DNA from: Octopus sinensis
Lineage: Eukaryota
DNA: 64,000 bases
Reading direction: 5' to 3'
NCBI RefSeq assembly: GCF_006345805.1
Contig: NC_042997.1
Location: forward strand, 11,966,001 to 12,030,000
Position numbers and translations under genes: made by a program. Position 1 is the first letter of the stretch. Each line of letters begins with the position of its first letter. The notes below the pieces were generated by a model. That model worked only from the letters and a program-made list of their open reading frames with translations. It ran no database searches and was not told the origin of the DNA. Shown here piece by piece: positions 1 to 13,255 of the stretch.

Positions 1-299
1 TGCAACGAATTTATGAAACAACATGAGAGCAAGATTCTTAGAATCTGCTTTTATTGCGATTCGTCTCCGGTTATGTGGACGATATTTCCATTCTCATTTC
101 GTTCTATGGAGAGGCTGTCAGATTTTTCAAAAGTTTAACTTAATTGAGTATACCATCATCAACAAATCACTATCCCTACTAGTTTCTCACTCCTATTTTC
201 TTTCTCTCGGTGTGTGTGTGTGTGTGTGTGTATGTTGTATTAGGTTGGTGTGGGAATCAACCTCTCAGTTGATCCAAGGCTGCTTACGTTCAAAGTGTA

Positions 300-1300
300 G
301 TTTCTTGAACCTACATCAGTGCATGAGGCGATACAGAAAACCTTCAACACTAAGGAATTATATTAATTATATCAATGTTAACATGTTTGTTAGTATACAA
401 AGGATTTGTTTTCTCTCCTCTAATATTATAACCTCTTTGCTCTCTTTTCGGATCCTTAACGGGTTTAACGAACCATAACAACTTTACATTATTTTATTGT
501 TCCCCAGCTTTTATATGGCTGTTTGTTGGGAGATGGTTCTAGTTTGATGTATATAAAGTCTGTGAAGCTAATATGTGAGTTGTTATGTACTAAGTCGAAT
601 TCTTTAAAATCTTTATGAATAATTTGCATAACATTTCAATAATATCCATTCCTGTGATAAGGCTCTATAAATATCTATTTCTTGGATAATATGTGTTTTC
701 TTATTGTACCTAAGATAAACAAGCTCTACTTCAGTTACTCAAACATATATACTAAAAAAAATTTGCTCAAGTTGACATCGGGCAGTTGCTTTACTGCAAA
801 GTCAGTCTTGATCAAGTAGAATCAAAATTGATCTGGCCCCGACTATCTTGCCATTTTCGACAATATATCTAAATGTTCCATTTTATCTTTCTTTTTATAA
901 ACGACATACTGTTGACTGAAGAATATTTATTTCTAGTAGGTCTAGTGTACAGGCTCCCTCGTTGATTGCCTTGCTGCATTTCGAAATTTTGAAAGCAAAT
1001 TTGTTCTCTCTATGTTCACTGTTATATCTTTTAACACGGGAGTATTTATTTCCTTTTATTATTTAATAATACTTTCCCCATTGTCAACGATATTTTTTTT
1101 TTAGGTAGAGATTTTTCACAATATTTCTTTGTATTTCTTCATAAGGGTATCTGAAGCTCCGTTGTTCCATTTTAAATCTGTCTTTCATTTTCATCATTGG
1201 AGAATATAGCCGAACTATTGAGTGGTTTTATAATAGATTGTTGTAGGATATTAAATGAAGCATATTCTGTATGTAGTAGGTTATTAAACAAGGAGTGATA
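300..1300 (-). mobile_element. Heavily degenerate Penelope-like element (PLE) reverse transcriptase remnant
   Basis: Minus-strand frames give broken pieces such as IHKDFKEFDL..ISFTDFIYIKL..QPYKSW and VTEVELVYL..IDIYR, resembling the PLE RT palm/thumb region; many stops and frameshifts. Confidence 0.4.
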
Positions 1301-1758
1301 TTATATATGCTGTAGAATATTAAAGAAGCCTATAGGTAAGTGCTTCATCTCTCTGACCTAACTTTAACATACATCGAAGTAGCTTCGGGTGATATACACA
1401 AACACACGCACACATATAACGCATGGTTACTGTATTACTGTATATATGTGTATATACTGAAGTGCTCAATGCATGTAAAGTGCGTAGTCTTTGTTATATG
1501 TATGAAAGTTAGTATGTAATTAAATACACGCTGTAATAGTTGGGTTGAAACTAGCGACCTTACTAGTTGTGAAGAAAACTTAGTCAATCCTAACTCTGCT
1601 TTGCATTCATTGACGTTTCTTCGTATTTACCCGGAAAATCCAAGATTTCCATTGAATTATATTCACACACACTTGCGCGCGCACACACATGTATAGACGC
1701 ATCAGATGTGTGTGTGTGTGTGCGTATGCGTGCAAGTTTGTATATATACATAAGAAAT

Positions 1759-1789
<31 letters not shown>

Positions 1790-2153
1790 CACATACGTAT
1801 TACACACATTAAGGGAGTAAATACATTTAATAACTTGTGTTCTTTTTTCCTTAAAGCTATTCATGTTATTATGATAATTTCTATTTAAATCAGAACTCGA
1901 GGTACTCATGATTACCAATTACCATTCTTAGTTTTTGTCATCAATCTGGCTTAATTAACTGAAGCAAGGAATTGAACTCGCTACAATTGGGAATCAAATC
2001 CCATAACAGTTGTTGCAGCTTCCCAACAAATTTGTTGTTAAGATAACTAATTAACTAAAGATGAATAAACTTCTTTCCTCAACTTTCATTTCTTCGATGC
2101 CTTGTTTAGAATTAAATCTATTTTCTGATTGCTGCAAAACTGAGTGTACATAC

Positions 2154-2888
2154 TATGTGGCAATTGAACGTCTGTATGTATATGCCTCTGCTGATAAGCG
2201 ATTTGACAGTGTATTTCCCATGCAATACGAATTAGTGCGTACTGGTAGTAAATAAATTAAAAGCAAATAAAATGCTGAAACAAACAAAAATGTGACGTCG
2301 AAATTCAAAAAAAGGGGGAAACGATTTTTAACTAACAATACTCTGCTTTGAAAATATAATGCAATAAGTACTGAGGTTTATTTATTCAAAGCCCAGAATG
2401 GTCGCAGTACAATGACTGAGACAAGTAAAATATAAACGATAAATTGTGTGATTTATTGCTAGGTTAACACAATTCCATCTTCTCTTAAAATCATTTTCTG
2501 CTGTATCTTATTTGTTCCAATTTCACAAGGGATCCTAAAATATTTAGTTGTTGTTGTTTTTGCCAATAAAATCACTTGAACAACATCATCCAATATATCC
2601 TCCCTTTTCTAAGACGGTGCATTTTTGGCTTATATTTCTGATAGTAATGGCAACACTATAGCGTTCCATCAGCGGGCATTGTGCCCAGACGTTACGGCCG
2701 GACAATAGTATTAACAAGATAAAAAAAAAACATTGAGTAATGAGAAAAAGCAATGTTGAGGAACATCTAAATTACATACTTGTCGGTGTACATATACAAT
2801 TACATATTGCTTGTCGGTGTGCATATTCTTGGAAAACAAAAGCAGATGCCGATGTGACTGCGGTCTGTTTCATTGGGAACTACTTGTA
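2154..2888 (-). CDS. Candidate two-exon coding segment (2888-2780 and 2274-2154), unknown product with a hydrophobic stretch
   Basis: Acceptors ttgttgtttcag and ttttgtttgtttcag, both donors gtatgt. ATG at 2873 gives MKQTAVTSASAFVFQEYAHRQAICNCICTPT, spliced in phase 1 to TFYLLLIYLLPVRTNSYCMGNTLSNRLSAEAYTYRRSIAT. No homology recognised. Confidence 0.25.
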
Positions 2889-3954
2889 CTGAAACAACAA
2901 ATATAGCAATGACAGCAAAAACATCGCCACAACCACGATGCCATCTCTAAAGCCTCCGCCAACACAATGTCAAGTGGTGAATAAAACTCTTCGAAACGTT
3001 GTGCTCTAGAAGTTAACGAAAGTAACAAAATGTTTCTTTCAAAGTGAAAAATTTTGATAATGATAATTATGACAACAACGACAAACAATGACGATTTTAA
3101 CATAATGGATGACGTAACAATGATCATGAGGATTAAGTTGATGACATCGTCTAACTTTCTATAATCATCATCCTCAAAAAATATTTTTGTTGTTTAATCA
3201 CATCATCTTTGATCAATAAGATCTCTGACGAAAAGCGTTCATGAAGTAATTATTCTTTTCTTTTATTTACTTTAATTATTATTGATTTCGTAGTGATATA
3301 AATGATTTAAGGGAAAAGCCTTTTGGTAATCCATATGAGAAATTAGGCAAAACACAAGGTGATATGAAAACTATATCACCTTACATAGATTGCTCAATAT
3401 TTCGGGAAAGATTCCCCTTTATATATATAACTCTACATACGTTTCCTAACGTCTCAGCTATATTGCTCAAAGGGTTTTAAAAACATATCATTCATAAATT
3501 ACTTCGCTTTCAGCAAAGTACAAAGTTCTTTCATTTTGTTGTGTGGTGCTTGATTGTATTTTTTTATCAAGTTATTTCAGCTGTTACCATACTATCATAT
3601 ATTCAGATATTGTGTATAGAAGGTTATATTAATGTATCCCGCCCTTTATTTAAGCAGAAGGGTGAGGGATTAAGGGATATTTGACTGCTGTATCTAGCAG
3701 TCCGAACAACATTTTTAGAGAATTCCTCGTTGGGTCACATTAAGGTACTGAAGTGGGTGGCGTGATGATGATGATGGTTAAGAAAATAATAAGATTGATG
3801 AGTGATAGTGGTTATGAAGACTTCATCCTCAACAGTATCAACATTAAGGATATATGATGATGGTGAAGAGAATGATGAATGAGGAAAATTAATGTAGTGA
3901 TGAAACATTAACAGTTAAAGACTAAAGAATGTTTCTTTTTACTAATATTATCAA

Positions 3955-5135
3955 AAGTTGTACCGAAAGTAATACAAAAGTGGGTCTAACTTTATTAACT
4001 GGCAATGGCCATCCAAAGTACACTGCTGGTAAAGCATACCTTCCTCTATACAATATAATAATCAACATCTTCTCCATCACAAGCGATTCCTGTGTGCACT
4101 GTGTTACCTAATCTTTTACAACCACACTCATCTCGACTAAGTCAATTCGTTGTTTCCGTGGACTGTCCAATATATGCAAGTCAGAGTGCATCAGATCCAG
4201 GCTCTACGGTAGATGAGGACACACTGACCAGCCTTATTTGATGGCAATCTTGTTTGTTGCCACAGATGTATGTGATCGTGCATTGTCAGGCTGAATGTCG
4301 ATCAGTTTTCATTCTTGTTCGGTCTCTTTCTTCTAACGGCTTCTATAAGAGTATCTCAATGTATCGCTAAATTTTCATGATACAACAACGTTGCAGAAAA
4401 TCAAGAAGAATGAAAGAGACCCTTGCCGTCTCAGTAAACAGTTAGTTTTACCTTTTGTACCGATCGTTGGTTTTGAACTTTTTAGGTTGGAAAGAGAAGT
4501 ACCAGCATTCCATGAACTGAGGTATCGTTTTCAGATCACAAAGATATGTTCAAACTACATTTCCTGTCACTAGATTGAAAAAAGTCTTGCCTTCATCGGT
4601 TGCAAACACTTCAGGCAGATCAGAACAGACTTCCATCCTTCTTTCTTTCAAATTGTGTGTCAGCTGCCGACACTTTGCAGAGGCTTACTCAAAGTCTTCA
4701 ACCATCTTTTGTAATGCATTGCGATTATATTGTGCAGTAAGCTCACGGGCTGTGACTTGTCTGCTCACGTGAATCTGTCCAATCTCGGGTAATTCGAGTC
4801 AATGGTCGCAGTATATAGTCTCCCGACGTGTGGTCTGTCTTTAATGATTGTTTTTTATTAAATTTCTTCAACCCTCTGTGAACATTTCTTTTTCCGATGT
4901 TATCTCCGTAAACAACCTGTCGCTTTCCGTCGATGTTGGGAAGCTTTCACCCTTACTTCATCAAGAGCGCAACAATAGCTCGTTGCTTGTACTCGGCATC
5001 CGTTATTTGACTGCAATGAAGAATAGGAAAAAAATAGGAAGAAGTATTCTATCAACTGTGAGATTTGGTTTGTATGACTTCTATGACCATATCTTTGCAG
5101 CTGAATATTTCTCGAAGGTTCAAACTTGTGCAATT
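3955..5135 (-). mobile_element. Degenerate mariner transposon
   Basis: Minus translation contains KQRAIV..VYGDNIGKRNVHR (HTH), FFNLVTG (first D region), QPDNARSHTS and a PHLP*SLDL..SD match to YSPDLAPSD, ending GIACDGEDV; multiple stops. Confidence 0.8.
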
Positions 5136-5270
5136 TTTTTAGACCAGCAGTTTCACTAGCATGCAAAGTTGCTCTTTTCATGACATTGATATTGTCCAAG
5201 AGAAATGCAAGGAGCAATGAGCTAATGACGTTTCGTGTGACACTCTAACAATTTTCCTCAAGCTGCCATC
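5135..5270 (-). mobile_element. PLE 3'-end/pLTR-like fragment, with an inverted homologue at ~6450-6545
   Basis: agaccagcagttt..agcatg..gatattgt.caagagaaatgcaa occurs on + at ~5141 and on - at ~6545. The 5221-5265 part reads TTGAGGA...CGAAACGTC on the minus strand (decayed hammerhead core). Confidence 0.4.
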
Positions 5271-7559
5271 TTAGATTGGTATTTTATTTACTGATTTCAA
5301 AAGGATGAATGACAAATTAGGCTCGAGAGAATTTGAACTCAAAACAAAGAGAACCAGAAAAAATACACTGTATTCTCTCCCACTTTCTAAGGACTATGTC
5401 AATTCACTTTGTATAAATGTAAACGCATTCACACACATATACACAAACACACACATGTGTATTTATGCATAATGTTTAAACGTATGTGTATTAAGTATCT
5501 ATATTGGACGATTGAAGATAAAGACTTAGATATTTGATCAGCTGCATTAACGAGTAAGTTTCACATAATTCTCAGTGTGTCTAACAAAGCTTCCACACAG
5601 CTTCCATCTATCTACATGCGATAATTTCACTCTCAAGGTATGAGTCGAGGAGAGACTATAAAAAATGACATTTACCCAGATTGGATCAAATACGAGACCT
5701 CGTCGCTACAAAGCGAATTTGTTAAATGTTTGGCTATAATGTGCCTACAGTAACAGTAATACTAGTTTTGCTATATATCGATCACTTCATTTCATTCTTT
5801 TTTTCCCCTTTTTTTTATGTTTGTAAACAATTGTACTCGTCTCACCCGTATGATTTTGTCATGTGTGATGTATGTGCGCGTGTATCCATGCATGTGTTTG
5901 TGTGTGTACGTTTATGTATATATGCGTTCATGCATATATCTTCTGGTGAATATACATATTTAACTGAGATGAGTTTTCACAATAATTAACGTCTACTCAT
6001 ATAGTAACCCTACACATTGTTTCCATCTATTTCATCGTGTGTTTAACTGGATTCGATTTATATCAACAATCTTCTTCATGTATTTTGTTACTAAATATAT
6101 ATAAATACTGGTGGATTACCAACAATCTAATTCGCTATGATACTGGTAGGTACATCATTACAATTGTTTTTATTTTGTTTTTATAATAGGTTCTTGTAAT
6201 AGCAGTGATAATAGTCGAAGCTCATTATTGAGATATATTGGTTTGCTTATTATTACTACTTCTCCACTCTTTCCTGAGATTCCACAATGGTTGTTTTTCA
6301 GAATGGAAATTCTGAAATGTGGTAGTGTTTCCTTCATCATCAATTCCATTTGTGAAATTAATCCATATTCCGTTGGGCTAATGCAAGATGTGCTTTTTAT
6401 CATACCAATTGATACCCGCTAAATACTGTCACTTGATAACTTCTACCTACCATTAGCGCCAACACATATCGGTCATTGCATTTCTCTTGCACAATATCGG
6501 TGTGAAGAAATGAAATTTCCATGCTTGCAAAACTGCTGGTCTTGTAGAAAAAGAAAAGCAAAAAAAATGTACAAAAACACTTTGCATACGTTCGCAGAGT
6601 GCTGGCACTGTACATAAAAAAAGGAAAAGTTCTATCTTCAAAACGAGCTGTATGGACAAATATAAAAGACAGGATGTATATAGGATTATTGTGTTAATGA
6701 TCAAAGTTTATACAGAACATTTCAAAGATGATTCTCTAAAGAATGGCCCGAGTTCAGTTGAGATAGGTAGGGAATATTCTAGCAATAGTAACCAAACTTC
6801 TATTTTTTTAGCAAAAACGTGTACTAGATAATTCTTTCTGTTTAATCCACACTGGAGATTAAATTTAAACCGTATTAACCCCACCTCAGAGAACATGACA
6901 CTAATCTAACTTTTAAAAGGACGAAATAACTAATTTCCCATTCATTGATCTACAAGTGCCAAGGAAAACCAAAAGATATTGACTCCCCTGTTTATCGGAA
7001 ACAGACAGTACTGGGGTTCTGCTGAGCTTGTAAGTCCCAATATAGCCTTATAGTGAGTGACCCCAATAATTCCACCGAAGAAAAAAAAAATTGCAAATGT
7101 CTCTGGCTGGATGGATCTTTGTCGGTTTCGACGATGAGTATTTAGCTGTTCGATAAAGTAAATTATCAGCTCATTGAATTAGCATATAAGCGGCTGAGCA
7201 TCCTCAGACACCCGTACTCTTAAAATTATTCTCAAAGAGAACCAATGCGACACAATGTCTATAACAAAGCTGTAACTTTGGATTATAGTTGCAATCAACC
7301 CAATGGGTTTATTAATAATTTTCAACTCTTAAAATTTACTCAGAATGTATGGGTCCACCTGAGGTTTTAGGAAATGCCAGTCTAAGATGTCACGCCTTGT
7401 GATCGCTCCGGAGTCCTCTTCGTTACGAAATGAAATTCTTTAATGATTCGGCTATACTGTGCTTTGAGTATCGGGTAAAAATCATTTGAACAGATGAATA
7501 GCAGGTAAATCTGTCCACTCAAAGAATACATTCCACAGAAACAAATCTGATTTAACATA

Positions 7560-7778
7560 GAAGCTTTCTAATTTTGGCATAAGGTCAGTAACTTTGAGAG
7601 AAGGGACAAATCGATTACAGCGACCCCAGTGCTGAGCTTGCACTGATTTTAATGACATAAAAAGGATGGAAATTAAGGTCGACCTCGGCAGAATTTGAAC
7701 TCAAATCTTAAAGAGTCTAAAGAAATATTTCTATGTCTTTTGTTCGGTGCGGCAACAATTCTGCCAACTCGCTGCCTT
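7560..7778 (-). mobile_element. tRNA-derived SINE family A, degenerate
   Basis: gtcgacctcggcagaatttgaactc...ttctgccaactcgctgcc is the reverse complement of the head seen intact at 49786 (B-box GAGTTCAAATTC). Confidence 0.75.
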
Positions 7779-7859
7779 TTCTAACTTATCATATAACATT
7801 TACATTCACCCTCAAGTATGAAGTTGAAATTGAACCAGCATCTACTATTATTTGTGTGT

Positions 7860-8075
7860 ACATCATATTGTGGTCGTAAAGAAGTGCCAATGTCATATAA
7901 ACGATGTTGTTCGTTTCCAGTCTTTCGTGAAAAAATGTCTTGCTGTTGGGAAAAATAGCCTTGTTTAGAAACAGGTGAAGGGTGCTGACTGGAAAGGCAT
8001 CCGGCCATAAAGCCTTTGCCTCAAAAATTTCGTCTGACCCATGCAATTATTGAAAAGCGTACGTTAGTTGATGAT
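7860..8075 (+). mobile_element. SINE/LINE 3' tail of RTE type
   Basis: gactggaaaggcatccggccataaa...gacccatgc...gttagttgatgatg, ending in a (GAT)n-like tail. Confidence 0.5.
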
Positions 8076-9210
8076 GAAAGAGAGAGGGGAATCAACCTGA
8101 CTACTGGCATTTATTTACAAACTTTGAAAGGATGTAAGAAACGATAAAACCTTGGCGGGATTTGAACTTTGTGCGTAGAGAGCTTGAAGGGATACTGCAG
8201 GGCATTTTATCTCGTTGCCTATATTTTATTATATTTTGTTAATCCTTGCATGCATATGAACTCAGGTCATTCATTTCTAAACAGTATATATGCCAATACG
8301 TAAAGGTATTTCATGGCGACGCTTTTGGATCTCCGTTTTTTCGACAAAGTGGATTTAGTTATTCGATCAACTGAATTATCTGTTGCTAAATTAACGCACA
8401 AGTGGGTGAGTATTCCGCAAATTCGTGTATCCTTAACACAATTCTTAGCACAGCACAGTGAGTAGTGATAAGACTGTACGTTTCTGAATCAAAGGTTCCA
8501 TCCTGCCGCCACGATTCTTTACAGTTTTCGCCTACCAAATTTCACTACATAACTTCACTTAGCCGAGCCGAGACTATAAAAAAAGTTACATATACCCAAA
8601 ATGCCACGCAGTGGAATCGAATCCGAAACCTGGTGGTTGAAAAACGAACTTCTTAACCGTTCGGTCATGACATGTCTCTCTCTATATATATATCAGGATA
8701 ACCACTATATAACGACAAAACAAATATCAAAACTAGCATACAGTTACACATCGTACATTAATGTGTATATGTATCTAGATAGCAGCATGTATACATAGTG
8801 CATATCAGTATTGTGCGTGTGTTTGTTTCTTCATTCTATTATATGTATGTGTGTGAGAGAGAGAAAGAGAAAGAGAGAGAGAGAGAGAGTGTGTGTGTGT
8901 GTGTGTGTGTGAGCGCGAGGAGTCGTGGTTTGTGGTAATTCAATCTGTATATAAACGTCGTTTGCATATGTGTGTGTATAAACTGTAACTGTGACTGTGT
9001 ATGTGTATGGGTGTATTTCTACATATTGTACCTGTGTGTATGTGTGCGTGTTTGCACATATGCTTGTGCGTGGGTTTTGCATTTGTGAATGGTTATCTGT
9101 ACAAGTGGATCTATATGCATATCTGTGTGTGCTGCCTCTAGATTCACTAAATGTATGCATTTATATGTGTGTGGTGTTTTCTGTATTTGGCGTACCTTTA
9201 TACATATATG

Positions 9211-9266
<56 letters not shown>

Positions 9267-9479
9267 TATATTATTATGTGTGTATATATGTATTTACGTG
9301 CGTTGTTTTGCTGATGCCTTCTAGGAGAAAAAGAGTTATGTCTCTTTGCAAAAAGTTCTTTTGTTTACTTGTGCCACAAGAAAGTTCAATTAAGCTCGTT
9401 TGCCGGGCGGCGGCTCTTCGGGGCAGCTTACAAAACCAATAGATATATTCCACCGCCTATCTCTCTCTACCTGCCCCGT

Positions 9480-9745
9480 CTCTTTCTTCTCTGTTTCTGT
9501 GTTTCTCTTTCTTTCTTTCTTTCTCTCTCTCTGACTCTCTCGCTCTCTGACTGTCTGTCTGTCTCTCGCTTTCTCTCTTTCTGTTCCCATATCTCTTTTC
9601 GCTCTTTTGTCCCTGTGACTTTAACTCGCTTTTCTCTTCCTAACTATGCAGCCGTCTGTTTCTCATTGTTAGTGTTCTTCCACAATCTCTGGACTTTCAT
9701 CTCTCTTTCTTTCCCTCTCCCTCTCTCCCATCTGACCCTCCTTCC

Positions 9746-9815
<70 letters not shown>

Positions 9816-9863
9816 CTATCTATCCCTCCCTATCTGTCTATCTATCTATCTCTCCCTCCCTCC

Positions 9864-9932
<69 letters not shown>

Positions 9933-9952
9933 AATCAATCTATCTATATATC

Positions 9953-10023
<71 letters not shown>

Positions 10024-10111
10024 GTTAATCGACTGCCCTTCGTTACCGTTATTTCCTTCTCCCAACGAGTTTCTCAAACCCCTTTCATAAACACACACAC
10101 ACACACACACA

Positions 10112-10146
<35 letters not shown>

Positions 10147-10515
10147 GTGTTACCATCTCAATTTTATATTCGACAACCTACCCATCCTTAAGAACTATTC
10201 CCAAACCTTAAACTATCTCTCCCCTCTCTCTCTCCTCTCCTTCTCTCCTTCTCTCCCCCACTCTCCCTTTCCTTCTTATTCTCTTCTTATTTCGCTACCT
10301 CTCACACTCTCCTTCTTTAACTCTTCCTTATATCTGTTACACAAACACTTGTTTGATACTCTTTATTTCAATATTTCATTTTCCGTTCCTTTTTATCTTT
10401 TATCTTAAAATTCTGCTCGGATCTATTTTCTCAGTCTCCCAGTCTTTCGCTTTCAATATATTTTCTTTTCCCACTCTTGTTACTATCTTCTTCTCCCGCC
10501 AACTACTTCCAACCA

Positions 10516-10561
<46 letters not shown>

Positions 10562-11274
10562 TCTATCTTACTATTACTCTATCTTAATATGTCTCTCCAT
10601 ATCCCACTTCGTATTTCACCATCTCTACCTGTTTCTTTTCCTGTCCTGTTCTTTCCATTTACTCTCCTTGTTTTCCCCCATTTACACTCCCTCTTGTATT
10701 ATCCCATCTTTCGTTACAATTTCTCTACATCGCAGAAATTTCCTCTTTCGGTCTCATGATTTTCTTTCTCAGTCCATTCTCTTCTCTCTCACTCACTCTT
10801 CCCCCCTCTATCTCTCTCTCTTTCTCTCGCTATTTGACTGTTTATCTTCTCTCTATCATTTCCTCACAATTCCTCTTTCCGACTCTGCATATCTTTCTCT
10901 CCACCTTTGCTTCTATCTCTTCCTCTATATCTCTGTCTTCACCCATATCTTGTCTATTTAGTTTCTTCTTTTCTCTATATTCTTGCCCCAAACTCTTCCT
11001 TTGCTTCTCCCTTCATCTCTTTCTATCTTTCTCTCTCGAACCACATACCACTCTACCACTCTAATCATACCTCTACCCCATTCTCATATACAACACCAAC
11101 CTGTCTTTCTCAACCGCCTTACATCACTTTCTGTCACTCTCAATCTCTCGTTCTATTTTCATCACACTTTCACGCCGCTATTATTGCTCTCCCTATAACT
11201 CTCTCTGTCTGTTTGTCTCTCTCTCTCTCTCTCTATCTGCTTTTCCCTTCATTCTTTTTCTTTTTCATTTATAA

Positions 11275-11313
<39 letters not shown>

Positions 11314-11340
11314 GCCTCTCTTTATCCCTCTCTCACTATG
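9480..11340. repeat. Pyrimidine-rich low-complexity block with (CTAT)n, (CA)n and (CT)n arrays
   Basis: (CTAT)n at ~9747-10022, (CA)n/(CT)n at ~10090-10143, (CT)n at ~10520 and ~11280; source of the spurious LSIY/SL ORFs. Confidence 0.95.
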
Positions 11341-11438
11341 CCTTCTATATCTCCTAGTATTTCTATCGCAAGAACAATCAAAGCCCGCAGAACAACTTCT
11401 TTCATTGTCATCAGACTTGGAAACTAATTAATTTGTAG

Positions 11439-11628
11439 TATAAATACACGAAGCTTGCTCGTTCCCGAAGCAGGTGTAAAGGCGTAGAAACTTCGCCAGG
11501 AGCACAAAGCAGCAGAGAGATTCAACGCTGAGAAACAGCCATGAAAGCTAGTACGGCGAGAATGTGCAAGCTAGCAATCAAAGAACAAACAGCTACGTCC
11601 ATGTGTATATATGAAGACAGGTCTATGT
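11439..11628 (+). promoter_or_regulatory. Candidate TATA promoter and first exon
   Basis: TATAAATA at 11439-11446 in a unique island between microsatellites; AACAAT/ATCAAAG and TAATTAAT motifs upstream, ATG at 11541, GTAAGC donor at 11629. Confidence 0.3.
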
Positions 11629-11649
11629 GTAAGCAATTCATTACTGTAT

Positions 11650-12126
11650 GCATGTATGCATATATGTATGTATGTGTGTATGTATGTATGTATGTATGTA
11701 TGTGTGTATGTATGTATGTATGTATGTATGTATGTATGTGTGTATGTATGTGTGTATGTATGTATGTATGTATGTATGTATGTTTGAATGTATGTATGTA
11801 TGTATATGTATGTATGTGTTTTGAATCTCTGCTTGTATATGCGTTTATGCCAGTACACGTATACATGCATAAACATATACACGTATATCCGCATAAACAA
11901 CCACATACACATACGCATACACATATACGTACGTAATTGGACGAAGCGTTATTCTTTACCCGTAAATACGCACGGATACATACATACATACGTACGTATA
12001 CACGCATGCACAGACACATATATATACATGTATATAAGTATATAAAAATATATATGAATATACATACATATATATATATATATATATGTATGTATATGAA
12101 TACACATATATATGTATGTATATAAG

Positions 12127-12182
<56 letters not shown>

Positions 12183-12692
12183 TATACATATACATATATG
12201 TATGTATATGTATACATATATATATGTATACTTTATGTATATAGCGACATAGCATATATTTATAAGCACTTCCATTTTCTCCCCCACCCCATTCTCTCTA
12301 TCCCTAAATACATATACAAACACACTCACTCACACACACACACACACACATAGAGAGAATGAGAAGGAAAGAAAGAGGGTGAAAGAAAGAGAAAGATAAA
12401 GAGATAAAGGGAAATAATGTAAATTTGCAGAAAATATACATCTATACTTACATATATATATACAGAATTCCACCTTGGTATACATACATGACTTGATTTG
12501 TGTATATATACACATATTCATACATACAGTTATACATACAGATATATCCTCATATATAAAACGCATGTCTATTTCTAATTGAACTGACTGACATCCGTTT
12601 ATTAACTCCAGCATGGTCACAGCCTAGTGGCTGGAACTAGAAAAGGAATAAAGGTGCAAAAGGAAAATGTGCAAACATACATACATACCTAC

Positions 12693-12742
<50 letters not shown>

Positions 12743-13195
12743 GTAGCTATTTACCTACATTATTATCTATCCATAAATACACACACAAACACTCACTCAT
12801 ACATATATAGAGAAAATGAGAAGAAAGAGAGAGAGAGAGAAAGCGAGAAAGAGAGAGAAAGACATAGTGAAAGAAAGAGAGAAAGAGAGAGGAAGAAAGA
12901 AAGAAAGAGAGAGAAAAAGAGAGAGAGAGAAACAAAAAGAGAGAGAGAAAGAGAGAGATAGAAAGAGAGAAAGAGAGAGAAAGAAAGAAAGAGAGAGAAA
13001 GAGAGAAAGTGAGAGAAAGAAAGAGAGAAAGCGAGAGAAAGAAAGAAAGAGAGAGAAAGAGAGAGAGTGTGTGTGTGTGATAGATGAAGAGCAATAACGA
13101 AAATTTGTACATGCATACAGATATTTACATCTACCTATATAGAATAATACATACAAACACACACGTACACACACACACTCACACACACACACACT

Positions 13196-13246
<51 letters not shown>

Positions 13247-13255
13247 AAACACATA
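11650..13255. repeat. (TATG)n, (TA)n, GA-rich and (CA)n microsatellite block
   Basis: Directly visible tandem arrays. Confidence 0.95.

Noticed and set aside
6170-6545. C-type-lectin-like reading PNGIWINFTNGIDDEG plus an upstream exon
   Set aside because: No conserved cysteines, an in-frame stop, and the putative upstream exon has a dispersed homologue at 5141, indicating a repeat remnant.
9369-13252. Many 100-230 aa ORFs (LSIY, SLSL, YIHT, ERER)
   Set aside because: All are translated microsatellites lacking stop codons by composition.
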